Source: Octopus vulgaris (Eukaryota). From it: 64,000 nt of DNA. The position numbers and the translations under genes were made by a program. The stretch spans positions 43,834,001-43,898,000 of the forward strand of contig OX597829.1 in the NCBI GenBank assembly GCA_951406725.2. The letters run 5' to 3'. Below the pieces are notes generated by a model that saw only the letters and a program-made list of their open reading frames with translations, was not told where the DNA came from and searched no databases. Below are positions 11,460 to 25,126 of the stretch, one piece after another. Positions within the stretch are counted from its first letter, which is position 1; every line of letters begins with the position of its first letter.

Positions 11460-11582
11460 GGTGGACTGAAGCAACCCGAAACAAGCATTTTGCTCAAGAA
11501 CTCAATATGCCGCCTGGTCTGGGAATCGAACCCATAGTTTAGCAATCGGAAATACAGCAGCCTAACCACTGGGCCGTGTACG
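11460..11582 (-). mobile_element. SINE family D head fragment
   Basis: Minus GGCCCAGTGGTTAGG...GGGTTCGATTCCCAGACC...GTTCTTGAGCAAAA. Confidence 0.65.
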
Positions 11583-11774
11583 TTCATACGTACTATACAA
11601 CATGTAACAAACGCACTGTACCTCCAGATATTTCGATTCATAACGTCAAGTTTTCTTCAACATTACCCCAGGTGTTTATATCTTTTAAATAAAAATTGAC
11701 CCCAATGCAAGAATCGCAATCAAATGAAATTTGAAATGACCCAAACTGAGCAGAAAATATAAATTATTATAAAT

Positions 11775-12190
11775 AGGCGCAGGAGTGGCTGTGTGGTAAG
11801 TAGCTTGCTAACCAACCACATGGTTCCGGGTTCAGTCCCACTGCGTGGCATCTTGGGCAAGTGTCTTCTGCTATAGCCCCGGGCCGACCAATGCCTTGTG
11901 AGTGGATTTGGTAGACGGAAACTGAAAGAAGCCTGTCGTATATATGTATATGTATATATATGTATGTGTGTGTTTGTGTGTCTGTGTTTGTCCCCCTAGC
12001 ATTGCTTGACAACCGATTCTGGTGTGTTTACGTCCCCGTCACCTAGCGGTTCGGCAAAAGAGACCGATAGAATAAGTACTGGGCTTACAAAGAATAAGTC
12101 CCGGGGTCGATTTGCTCGACTAAAGGCGGTGCTCCAGCATGGCCGCAGTCAAAAGACTGAAACAAGTAAGAGTAAAAGAGTGAAAAGAGT
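11775..12190 (+). mobile_element. SINE-A, full length
   Basis: Complete head, internal microsatellite and tail. Confidence 0.93.
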
Positions 12191-12309
12191 ATACCAAAAC
12201 TTCATTATGAAAAGAAGCAAGAAATATCTTTTACTTTTTACTATAGGTCCAAATTCTGAAATTTTGTGGTGGGCTTTATTCGATTACGCTAACCCCATGC
12301 TCTAAATTT

Positions 12310-12440
12310 GTACTTATTTTATTTTATCACACGTCGAAAGGATGAAGGGCAAAAATCGACCTCGGTGGAGTTTGAACTTCGAACGTAAAGAAGAGCGAAA
12401 TGCTAATATTTTGTTCGACGTGCTAACCATTCTGCCAACA
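12310..12440 (-). mobile_element. Old SINE-B-related fragment
   Basis: GAAAGGATGAAGGGCAAAAATCGACCTCGGTGGAGTTTGAAC...GTGCTAACCATTCTGCCA. Confidence 0.65.
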
Positions 12441-12479
12441 TGAGTACACATACACATTCACACAACACATACACACATA

Positions 12480-13440
12480 CATACACATATGCACACATAC
12501 ACACACACACATACCTCCATGCATACACACACATACAAACACATCCACACATATACTCACAAACACACACACATACCTCCATGCATACTCACACATACAC
12601 ACACATACAAACACATCCACACATATACTCACAAACACACACACACACACACACACATACCTCCATGCATACTCACACATACACACACATACAAACACAT
12701 CCACACATATACTCACAAACACACACACACACACACATACCTCCATGCATACTCACACATACACACACGTACAAACACATCCACACATATACTCACAAAC
12801 ACACACACACACACAAGCACACATACCTCCATGCATACTCACACATACACACACATACAAACACATCCACACATATACTCACAAACACACACGCACACAT
12901 ACCTCCATGCATACTCACACATGTACACACATACAAACACATCCACACATATACTCACAAACACACACACACACACACATACCTCCATGCATACTCACAC
13001 ATACACACACATACAAACACATCCACACATATACTCACAAACACACACACACACACACAAGCACACACATACCTCCATGCATACTCACACATACACACAT
13101 ACAAACACATCCACACATATACTCACAAACACACACACACACACACAAGCACACATACCTCCATGCATACTCACACATACACACACATACAAACACATCC
13201 ACACATATACTCACAAACACACACACACACACAACACACACACACTCCATGCATACTCACACATACACACACATACAAACACATCCACACATATACTCAC
13301 AAACACACACACACAAGCACACATACCTCCATGAATACTCACACATACACACACATACAAACACATCCACACATATACTCACAAACACACACACACACAC
13401 ACACACAGCACACACACAAACACACACACACACACACATT
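12480..13440. repeat. CA-rich minisatellite, about 11 units of ~60-90 bp
   Basis: Anchor CTCCATG recurs about 11 times with conserved ACAAACACATCCACACATATACTCACAA and variable (CA)n linkers. Confidence 0.9.
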
Positions 13441-13867
13441 AAAATGTCGAATAAGCAACATAACTCTTTCTGGAAGACAGTTGAATGCGAAAAACTCATA
13501 TGACAAGGTTACAAAAGTGTAACAAAAATATTCTGAAGACGATGAAATAAATTCAACAATAAGAATGGAAAAATGTCAATGAGCTGCGCGTCTGTTAGGT
13601 AATACCATCCAGACATCATCGGCTTTATATCCATTTTGCTGAAGAAATTTGGACATCAAGTCTAATCGGAGGACAGAAAGCTGTACAACTTAGAGGTCTA
13701 CTTGACATATTTCAGTTTAGAATTACCAACCGGCATTTCACATTTAATCAGCAGCATTTAATTAGTTTTTTTGTTTGTTTTTTTTTTACCGAAAATGCCA
13801 ATATTTTGAGAGAACGAAACAAAAATGTTGGTATAAACCTGTAGATCTTTTTTTTTAAATTTTATAT

Positions 13868-14095
13868 CTTTTACTAGTTTAAGTCGTTTTACTGCAGCCA
13901 TGGTGGAGCACCACCTTGAGTTTTTTTTTAATCAAATGACCCTAGTATTTTAATTTTTTTTAAAGCTTAGCAGTTATTCTATCTTTCTCTTTTGTCGAAC
14001 CGCTATGTTCGGAGACACAAACACACCAATACCGATTGTGAAACGGTAGTCGGGAGGAGGGGTGCAAACACAGACACACAGATACGCACGTAGAC
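13868..14095 (-). mobile_element. SINE-A 3' half (diverged)
   Basis: ACTGCAGCCATGGTGGAGCACCACC...TTTTGTCGAACCGCTA...CAAACACAGACACACA. Confidence 0.75.
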
Positions 14096-14119
14096 ATACA
14101 TACATGCAAGCATACATAC

Positions 14120-14201
<82 letters not shown>

Positions 14202-14570
14202 GTATATATATATATGAAAATAAATATATAATTATAATAAAGGGTTATTTGCAACAAGTTGCTTAAACCACATACCGAAAATATTAGAAATAGCAGTCAA
14301 ATTGGTTACCATTACTATTACTACAAAAATAAGTCTCCACAAACAACAGTAACCCGTATATGGTAAAAAGAAGGAAGACAACGAAATCACACAGTCTATT
14401 TTGGATCAATAAATAAATATATATATATATACGACGGGCTATATATATATAAATATATAAATATATATATAAATATAATATAAAATTAAGGGTAGAAATT
14501 GATATTTATCAATTAAAACCAGTGGTCTAGCATATTAAAAAAGAATCCGAAGATTAAAATATTTATATAT

Positions 14571-14752
14571 ACCAATTAAGGACTGAACACGAAAAGTGGA
14601 CAGTCAACATGCTAGATATAGACGTCAAATCGCCATTCTCCACAAAGATTATGTTCTCAATTGATTTGAGAACATAATCTTTGTGGAGAATGGCGATTTG
14701 ACGTCTATATCTAGCATGTTGACTGTCCACTTTTCGTGTTCAGTCCTTAATT

Positions 14753-14755
<3 letters not shown>
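14571..14755. repeat. Perfect 90-bp inverted repeat with 5-nt spacer
   Basis: 14571-14660 is the exact reverse complement of 14666-14755; spacer TTGAT. Confidence 0.95.
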
Positions 14756-14815
<60 letters not shown>

Positions 14816-14817
<2 letters not shown>

Positions 14818-14962
14818 GACGGCTTCTCTCAGTTTCCATCTACCAAGTCCACACACAAGGTTATGATCAGTCCGGGGCTTATAGTAGAAGACACTTGCCC
14901 GAGATGTCACGCAGTGGAATTGAACCTGGAATCATGCGCTTTGAAGCAAGCTTCTTTCCACA
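14816..14962 (-). mobile_element. SINE-A 5' half (diverged)
   Basis: ACGACGGCTTCTCTCAGTTTCC...ATAGTAGAAGACACTTGCCC...GCAAGCTTCTTTCCACA. Confidence 0.75.
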
Positions 14963-15138
14963 CTTAATTCGTAACAAGTTCCTGCACGAACTATCACATC
15001 TCTGTGAAATCCAGAAGCATGTATTCGCTTCCACGCTGACATTACATCGTGCCACAAATATTTTACGCCTTCGAAATACGACATCGATACACACGATGAA
15101 CGTGTACGCGACTGTTCTTCTGCCTGTAAAAATTAGCA

Positions 15139-15552
15139 TAGGCGCAGGAGTTGCTGTGTGGTAAGTAGCTTGCTAACCAACCACATGGTTCCAGGTTCAG
15201 TCCCACTGCGTGGCATCTTGGGCAAGTGTCTTCTGCTATAGCCCCGGGCCGACCAATGCCTTGTGAGTAGATTTGGTAGACGGAAACTGAAAGAAGCCTG
15301 TCGTATATATGTATATATATATGTATGTGTATGTGTTTGTGTGTCTGTGTTTGTCCCGCTAGCATTGCTTGACAACCGATGCTGGTGTGTTTACGTCCCC
15401 GTTACTTAGCGGTTCGGCAAAAAGAGACGGATAGAATAAGTACTGGGCTTACAAAGAATAAGTCCTGGTGTCGATTTGTTCGACTAAAGGCGGTGCTCCA
15501 GCATGGCCGCAGTCAAATGACTGAAACAAGTAAAAGAGAAAAAAGAGAGAGT
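15139..15552 (+). mobile_element. SINE-A, full length
   Basis: Complete match to the family. Confidence 0.93.
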
Positions 15553-16074
15553 ATTAAAATCTCTCCTGCAATTATATCCAACCATCTTTAAAAAAACAAA
15601 CATTGCAAATCGTAGCCCTAGTTAAACTAAGCCAGCAATGTTAAGAAAGAAAGATGGTGGCGATTGGCTTAGAGATGTATAACTATTATACAGCAAGAAA
15701 ATTAGTCCCCATTTCAAACACCAAAAGGCAATTTTTTTTTTGTTTAGACTTGTCAGAACAAAAAAAGGAAAAAAATGCTAATCTCAGTTTTTCAGAAAAC
15801 TTTATATCATTGCTAAGGAATCGACAATGTCCTCAGGGGTAAAATGGTTTCTCTGTGGAAATTTTCGAGACTGTTGGTGGCTGCTTTCACACCATATTTT
15901 TGGTAGTTTTATAGTTGCGTTCATTTGATTTCTTTCCTAATTAAGATATTTTGGTTTTATTTCCTTCCCACCCTCCACTATTTCTTTTTTTTTTGGCCTG
16001 GATTTCCATTTTACTTTTTCAACAATTTTAAGTGAAATTTTATTCGGATGTTACACACACACACATTCATACTG

Positions 16075-16091
16075 TTTATATACATATACCT

Positions 16092-16141
<50 letters not shown>

Positions 16142-16176
16142 TGTATGTACATATGATGTATATGTATACATACATA

Positions 16177-16242
<66 letters not shown>

Positions 16243-16243
16243 G

Positions 16244-16284
<41 letters not shown>

Positions 16285-16381
16285 GCATGTATGTATGTAT
16301 GTATACCAACATATGTGAGGGGTCTCTCTCTCTCTTTCTGTGTGGCTGTGTGTTGAATGTGTGTATGTGGGTGTATGTGAG

Positions 16382-16466
<85 letters not shown>
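16075..16466. repeat. (TA)n and (TG)n microsatellites
   Basis: Direct reading. Confidence 0.9.
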
Positions 16467-16467
<1 letters not shown>

Positions 16468-16968
16468 CTGGATGAGACCACCCACGTTTGCATTCCAACG
16501 CCATCATTAGACCACATCCTGAAGGTTTAGATTTATCTTCCAACTCTTTTCTTCATACAGCGTCAGCAATATAGACATTAGCCATCGCCAGTAGTAATAA
16601 TACGTAGGGCGACCATCTTCACCGCCGCCATGACCGCCGCCACCACCACCACCACTGCAAACAACAACAACAACAAAATCAAGAACAGCAACGGCAGCAT
16701 TGATACTCCATTGTTAGCATTACCACCACACTCACCATCATTACAATCTGCTATCTAAATAAACACCTCACCCACAAACAACATGGCTTACAAAACACTG
16801 GATAACTACTACGAGCGCTGATAAAAAAGATGATGACATTAAGACAATATCATTGCAGCTTTTAACTTTATAAGCGATACCTTAAAATTAAAAAGATAAA
16901 CCTATATCGGATGTTGTATTCTCTTATACATAAAATGACTTCAGAGTTACAACAGGAACTGCGTGGGC

Positions 16969-17002
<34 letters not shown>

Positions 17003-17114
17003 CTAGATCAGATCTTATCCCAAACTGGGCAACAACAACCGCACTGTGACTATTACTCCATATTGATGATTTTTTTAAATTGCTTATCGTGGACTCTTCC
17101 TAGCTAAGAATTCT

Positions 17115-17535
17115 CCTTAATTCTTTATTGCCCACAAGGGGCTAAACATAGAGGGGACAATCAAGGACAGACAAACGGATTAAGTCGATTATATCGACCC
17201 CAGTGCGTAACTGGTACTTATTTAATCGACCCCGAAAGGATGAAAGGTAAAGTCGACCTCGGTGGAATTTGAACTCAGAACGTAACGGCAGACGAAATAC
17301 CTATTTGTTTACTACCCACAAGGGGCTAAACACAGAAGGGACAAAAAAGGACAGACAGACGGATCAAGTCGACTATATCGACCCCAGTGCCTAACTGGTA
17401 CTTATCTAATCGATCCCGAAAAGATGAAAGGTAAAGTCGACCTCGACGGAATTTGAACTGAGAACGTAACAGCAGACGAAATTCGGCTACGCATTTCGCC
17501 CGGCGTGCTAACGGTTCTGCCAGCTCGCCGCCTTA
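17115..17535 (-). mobile_element. SINE-B, head plus 2 tandem units, 14-bp TSD
   Basis: TAGCTAAGAATTCT at 17101-17114 and 17536-17549; head AAGGCGGCGAGCTGGCAGAA, B-box-like CAGTTCAAATTCC. Confidence 0.9.
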
Positions 17536-17614
17536 TAGCTAAGAATTCTTCTTTAACTTGATATCGATGTAGTAAGTTAATGTTGATGAAATAATCAGAA
17601 ACGGGAGATGCATA

Positions 17615-17993
17615 TGGAAGCACTCCGTCGGTTACGACGACGGCAAGGGTTCCGGTTGATCCGATTAACGGAACAGCCTGCTCGTGAAATTAACGTGTAA
17701 GTGGCTGAGCACTCCACAGACACGTGTACCCTTAACGTAGTTCTCGGGGATATTCAGCGTGACACAGAGAGTGACAAGGCCGGCCCTTTGAAAATACAGG
17801 TACAACAGAAACAGGAAGTAAGAGTGAGAGAAAGTTGTGGTGAAAGAGTACAGCAGGGATCACCACCATCCCCTGCCGGAGCCTCGTGGAGCTTTTAGGT
17901 GTTTTCGCTCAATAAACACTCACAACGCCCGGTCTGGGAATCGAAACAGCGATCCTACGACCGCGAGTCCGCTGCCCTAACCACTGGGCCATT
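17615..17993 (-). mobile_element. SINE family C, full length, 12-bp TSD
   Basis: TSD GGGAGATGCATA at 17603-17614 and 17994-18005; minus head TGGCCCAGTGGTTAGG (A box)...GTTTCGATTCCC (B box). Confidence 0.9.
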
Positions 17994-18307
17994 GGGAGAT
18001 GCATAGCTCTGTTGTCCAATGAGCTTGAAACACTGTACTTCAACTGCGATACGGCTATTGCCTAAAGGTTAAAGCATTGCTCTCTTCCTTGAAAAATTTT
18101 CAATGCTTTTAATTGTCATAAGACATGAATAAGTCTTTTTATCATAGTCTCAAATCAACCCAAGATTTTATGCGTAACTTTAAAAAGTCGGAAACTTTGT
18201 AGAACTCCGTCGGACGGATTGTACTTCTAATCCAAAGATCTGGCCTTATTGAGAAATGTGTCACAGTGATTCCACTTGTAGAGTACGTTAAGGGTATCCA
18301 TTACGTT

Positions 18308-18727
18308 AAGGCGGCGAGCTGGCAGAAACGTTAGCACGTCGGGCGAAATGCGTAGCGGTATTTCGTCTGCCGTTACGTTCTGAGTTCAAATTCCGCCGAG
18401 GTCGACTTTGCCTTTCATCCTTTCGGGGTCGATAAATTAAGTACCAGTTACGCACTGGGGTCGATGTAATCGACTTAATACTTATGTCTGTCCTTGTTTG
18501 TCCCCTCTGTGTTTAGCCCCTTGTGGGTAATAAAGAAATAGGTATTTCGTCTGCCGTTACATTGTGAGTTCAAATTCCGCCGAGGTCGACTTTGCCTTTC
18601 ATCCTTTCGGGGTCGATAAATTAAGTACCAGTTACGCACTGGGGTCGATGTAATCGACTTAATACCTATGTCTGTCCTTGTTTGTCCCCTCTGTGTTTAG
18701 CCCCTTGTGGGTAATAAAGAAATAGGT
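18308..18727 (+). mobile_element. SINE-B, head plus 2 tandem units
   Basis: Unit GTATTTCGTCTGCCGTTAC...GTAATAAAGAAATAG repeated twice. Confidence 0.9.
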
Positions 18728-19139
18728 ATACTTGTATGTGGAATGCTTTAGCCGCTCACTCCTTTAAATCATTGAACAAGTACTAAAGCTGACCGATCAA
18801 TTGCCAGGTCGTTCTCGACTCGACAGAGATCCAATTACTTAAACACGCGCGCACGAATACATATGTATGTATATGTATCCAAAAATCTACATACACATAC
18901 ATATATATATATACATAATATATGTGAACATAAAACGTATGCACGTGTACGTATATATATATATATACACATATATTATACATAAATATATATATTTATA
19001 TCTACATCTATCTATATATATGCATATATATATACACACACACACGTATATATATATACACACACACACGTATATATAAACACATACATATGGATACATA
19101 CCTTTACACGTACATATATAAAGGCAGGTAGACAGATGT

Positions 19140-19204
<65 letters not shown>

Positions 19205-19504
19205 CAGACTGATAGGTAGATAGATAGATTTTAGTACTTAATAATAAGGGTTACCAGTTTCATAAATGAGCTAAAGAAATTATAATTCTCATTTAACGAT
19301 AATTTACTATCTCTTTCAATTTCTCTCTCTCACGCTCTCTCTGTCTTCCTTTCTTACTTTCCACCCCCACCCCCACCACCCCCATCATCCCCCACCACCA
19401 CCACCAGCATCACCACCATCACCACTACCATTATTACTAAGAATTTAATTTTCTTTATGATTGCAGAAAGTTATATAATGTGAATGTCAATGTAATACCT
19501 TAAA

Positions 19505-19735
19505 TTTGTGTGTGTACGTATGTATGTATGTATGTATGTATGTATGTATGTATGTATGTATGTACGTATGTATGTGTGTGTGTATGTATGTATGTATGTA
19601 TGTATGTATGTATGTATGTATGTGTGTATGTATGTATGTATGTATGTATGTATGTATGTATGTATGTATGTATGTATGTATGTATGTATGTAGGTACGTA
19701 CGTATCTATGTACGTACGTACGTGCGTACATACGT
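19505..19735. repeat. (TATG)n microsatellite
   Basis: Direct reading. Confidence 0.9.
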
Positions 19736-20015
19736 ATCGTAAAAGAAGCTACACGTTGGTGAACGCGAAATACAGTCAACGGAAAGCCAAAACGGAAGTA
19801 AAACGCACATCTCGCACAAATTTTGAAGGTGTTCTAATTAGCGGAGAAATAACAAGCAATAGGTAAATATATGAAATAAAACGAAAGCAGAATACGAATA
19901 TAAACGAAGAAATCAAAACGAAAATCTTATCTATAAGAGCAAATCTACACACACATACTCATACGCACACACATGTGTGTGAGTATGTGTATATGTTGTT
20001 AATAGAAATAAATGT

Positions 20016-20071
<56 letters not shown>

Positions 20072-20353
20072 GAAGTAGCATGAGCGAGTTGCGTGTATAT
20101 ATGAAGTGTATAGCGGAAGTCAATGCATTTCAATTGAAATAGAGAGCGAACCTTTATTGTATTGCATCAAGCTAGCGTATGAAATTTTGCATGTTTAGAG
20201 AAATGAGATATTTTCGCTATTGTGTGATAACTGATATCAAAATATACTCGAGAGATAAAGGCCCAGCTATTTGAGTACAATTAGAGTCACGTGTAGAAAG
20301 AACTGAAGGTCTCGGGCACAAACATTTTCTGTAATGTATGTGTGTGTGTGTGT

Positions 20354-20426
<73 letters not shown>

Positions 20427-20984
20427 TGAGAGAGTGAGTGAGAGAGAGAAAGAGAGAGGGAAAGAGTATGTTCATGGTCATGTATGTATATACCAAAAAT
20501 CTGACTGGTGCTGACAAAAGATTCATTAATCGTTACTCCGAGGTTTCTGGTCGGCATTTTTCGGACATGAGAAAGAAAGGATTCTCCTAAGTTAAGGTTT
20601 GTGGAAATTTTTCAGGTTCGCTAAAATTTGTAAGCTCGCTCTAATTACTTTCATTATTAAGAACTCTTTCCGCCATCTTCTTTTTGGATTATCGTTGTTT
20701 TATACACAGCTACATATCTATGTGTGTGCATGTATTTGTAAGTACGTGTGTGTGTGAGTGTGTATATGTATGCGTGCAAGTGGGTGAGCGCGCGAGCGTG
20801 TGGGTATTCATGTAATGTGTTGAACTGCTTCAGGCAATATGGTTAGGCTATATGTAGTGAGATAACAAGGAATGCTGTTACAAGTAGAGGTTAGAAAAGA
20901 TCCCTCACCCTCCCCCACCTCCAAAATTGAACAAAAATGGCAGTAAAGCACAAGAAGATATAAGGAGGTTTAGTTTTGCAATAA

Positions 20985-21480
<496 letters not shown>

Positions 21481-22007
21481 GACAGTTCTAAGTCTCTCTA
21501 TATATATAAATATATGTGCGTGTGAGTTTGTGTATATGTGTGGGTGCGTGTGGGTGCGGTTGTGTATATGTGTATGTGTGTGTGTGTGTATACATACATA
21601 TACAAATATGCTTACGTACGTTCAAATGAGACATTCATTATGTTGTTAATTTCAATATATTTTTATAAAGCAGTTATATCTAGCTAGCGGGTACACAGAT
21701 TCGGATAATAGGAGTCTTGATTAACACCAGTCCTGATTAGTGAAATCAATGCGTCTTCCTTACACTAGGGACTCTTACTTAATAGGACTATATATATATA
21801 CATTTTGATGAATTTTAGCAACACATTTCTGTGCACAAACTTTGCTAACGCCTCATACTCTCTGCATGGTTGTAAATAAGATTGTTTTAATGTCTATTGA
21901 CACACTTTACTAAGAATAGTTTTCAACAAAATCTGTCGTTGTTTGGCCTGCGAGATATACCTTACGCTTCAATCGAACCCGTGAAAGCTTATATATTAAG
22001 CCATACA

Positions 22008-23450
22008 CAGCAGAACGTCGCAGTACGAATGCACCTTTGTATGAGTAATTTGCTGTACGAGCCGAGGCTTGTGCGAATTCTTGTGTTGACGTACGAGCGA
22101 AATCCGCAGTACGAACGAATTTCATACAAGCAGCCGCTAGTCGGCGAACACGCTCCCAACAAGCGCAGTTTCCGCTCGCTCAGTTCACGTGTTTTTCTCG
22201 TTGCGGCAGCATCTCTATGGTGCTTTTCGCAATGATTTTATTTTTGTATATCTTTGCTGTTATTTTATAATAATTAGTTGTATTAGCCATGAGTCCTAAG
22301 AAGTCTACTGCAAAGGACAGTGCCGAGAAGCAGGAAAAGCTGATTAGAATAGAATTGAAGGAAATCATAGATAAACAGGAAAGAGGAGAGCGTGTAGTGG
22401 ACATAGCATGTCAATACGATCAAAGCACGTCGACGATCCTCACCATCCTGAAGAAAAAGGACGAGATCAAAGCCGTTACAACAGCAAACGGTGTCTCCAT
22501 GCTCTCCAAGCAACGCACATCTGTCCACGAAGACATGGAAAAATTGCTTCTCCTGTAGATCAACGAGAAAGCACGAGTACTGTATGGGGATCTCCTGGAG
22601 CAGAACCCTGAAACATCGACGGAGGAGACATCAGCAGACGCATTTAAGGCCAATCGCAGCTGGTTCGATAGTTTCAAGAAGAGGACTGGTGTTCATAGCG
22701 TCGTCATGTATGGAGAAGCAGTGAGATCTGACATGAAGGCAGCTATAGATTTCATGCGTGAATTCCATCAGCTCATCGCAGCCGAAGGGTATATCACACA
22801 GCAGGTATTCAACTGTGATGAAACTAGCCTCTTTGGAAAAAAAATAAACATAGGCGCAAGAGTGGCTGTGTGGTAAAGTAGCTTGCTTACCAACCACATG
22901 GTTCTGGGTTCAGTCCCACTGCGTGGCATCTTGGGCAAGTGTCTTCTATTATATAGCCTCGGGCCGACCAATGCCTTGTGAGTGGATTTGGTAGACGGAA
23001 ACTGAAAGAAGCCCGTCATAAATATGTATATATATATATGAGTGTGTATGTTTGTGTGTCTGTGTTTGTCCCCCTAGCATTGCTTAACAACCGATGCTGG
23101 TCTGTTTACGTCGCCGTCACTTAGCGGTTCGGCAAAAAGAGACCGATAGAATAAGTACTGGGCTTACAAAGAATAAGTCCCGGGGTCGAGTTGCTCTACT
23201 AAAGGCGGTGCTCCAGCATGGCGGCAGTCAAATGACTGAAACAAGTAAAAGAATAAAAAGAATAAGAGAGTATGTCCAGAAAAACCTACATAATTGCAGA
23301 GGAGAAGAAAATGCTAGGTGATAAGCCTATGAAAGATAGGATACTTCTCGCCCTTTGTGCGAATGCGGGTGGAGATTAAGCCGTTCCTTGTCTACCATTC
23401 CGAAATCCCACGAGCGTTCAAGTCACAAAAAATCATGAAGGAGAAGCTGA
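22008..23450 (+). mobile_element. Decayed Tigger/pogo DNA transposon (left end plus N-terminal half of the transposase), interrupted by SINE-A
   Basis: TIR-like CAGCAGAACGTCGCAGTACGAA at 22008; from 22289 MSPKK...EIIDKQERGERVVDIA...MEKLLLL*INEK...FKANRSWFDSFKKRTG...QQVFNCDETSLF; after the SINE MSRKTYI...KPMKDRILLALCANAGGD/KPFLVYHSEIPRAFK (CENP-B-type HTH plus start of DDE domain). Confidence 0.9.
22851..23271 (+). mobile_element. SINE-A nested in the Tigger transposase
   Basis: Complete copy; transposase reading resumes at ATG 23272. Confidence 0.93.
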
Positions 23451-23998
23451 CAAAAAATAGATATAAGCATCCTATTTGACAAAAAAACCCAGCATTCCAA
23501 ATAAAAGTATAAAATCCACAGAATTGTCTTCCTTTATTCACAAGAACTGGATAACTCTTACCCCATTTCCTGTTTTGACACATAAATATCCAACCTTTTC
23601 AAACAAAACACTACCCTAAAACACATGCATCCTAATCTTCCCAAGAAGTTTTTCCATGGACTAATATTGAACTCTAAAAGCATAAAGACACTACAATGTA
23701 TTGGTATGCTTATTTATTAATTTTTGTATATATGTATATGTTTTTTTGAACAAAAAAACATTGTAAATTTCTTTTTTCCCCTTCCTCAATTTAAAAAAAA
23801 ATTCTTTTCTCCTTTCAAAACTTGAAAATTTGCCTTGCAAGGAAAACCGGTTTGACTTCTTTTTAAAATTTTTCATACACCCATTTTTATTAAAATTTAC
23901 TTTCAGTTTAGCATTATGCCTTATTATTTTTTCCTTTCCTATTATTTCTCCACGTGCGGTTAACACAACCCCGCCATTTACTGACTTATATATATATA

Positions 23999-24682
23999 CA
24001 GTGTACATTTAAACGCATAAGAGGTAACCATCGTAGGATACCTGACACGCTAGAAGGAATAGCCAAAATCCAAACCACTATTAGGGATAAATTTCGAAGG
24101 GAATGAAAATTAAAAGCATTTACCATCTATCTCCTGGACCATGGTTTCTGACTCTATGTTACCAAATAGAATAATTTGCTTGGCGGAGTCTTCATCAAGT
24201 GGTACGCTTAGATTAAATATATTAATACGAGGCAATCCAGCATGTGCCCCGTGATTATATATCATAATTTTTCAAATCCACCGTGCAAGCGCAGTTTTTT
24301 GTCGGCAGCAAATGAAATAATGCCGGCGCAACTTCGAAAATTTGCCAAAAATTATCAATAATTAATGATATCAGGGTAAGAAAAAATTTTAGAAATTTTT
24401 TACTACCAGAGGCCTAGCGTGTAGAAAAATTAGTCAATAGATTATATATTGTTCAAATAAATTCAGTGTACATTTAAACACATAAGAGATAACCACCTTA
24501 GGGTACCTGGCACGCTAGAAGGAATAGCCAAAATCCAAACCACTATGAGAGATAAATTTCGAAGGGAATGAAAAATAAAAATATTTATGATCTGTCTCAT
24601 GGACCGTGGTTTCTGACTCTAAATTAGCAAATATAATAAGTTGCTAGCCGAGGTCTTCATCAACAGGTACGCCTAGATTAAA
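23999..24682. repeat. Diverged ~220-bp direct repeat (23999-24217 and 24465-24682)
   Basis: Both copies run CAGTGTACATTTAAAC...GCTAGAAGGAATAGCCAAAATCCAAACCACTAT...GGTACGC.TAGATTAAAT. Confidence 0.85.
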
Positions 24683-24841
24683 TGATAGAAATGGAAAATG
24701 GAATAGAGGAGAAACTATATTGCTCACAACGATCGTTTCGACCCACCTTCCTTCGATTATACACACACACATATATATATATATACAAGCATGTATGTAC
24801 ATACATACACATATATACTTCTACATGCAAACATACACACA

Positions 24842-24884
<43 letters not shown>

Positions 24885-25126
24885 GCTGCCACATGAAAAC
24901 ACGTACATAATCATCATCCAATCCAAAATCTTATATTTTCAAGTGCTTTTGAGGCCCCTCATCTATTATCATCAGACTAACTTTTTGACCAATAAATTTT
25001 CCCTCTAAATAAAATCATCAATATGACCAACACCATACATCACCAATCTGCACTGTGGGACTGACATGTTAAGGACAGAAAACTAATATACCTCAAATCT
25101 CAATCGACCTACTCCATATGGAAGCT

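Noticed and set aside
12440-13522. 360-aa His/Thr-rich ORF and overlapping long ORFs
   Set aside because: Translation of a CA-rich minisatellite, open in all three plus frames
17930-17993. tRNA gene
   Set aside because: A and B boxes are present but there is no acceptor stem; it is a SINE head, as are the other tRNA-like matches
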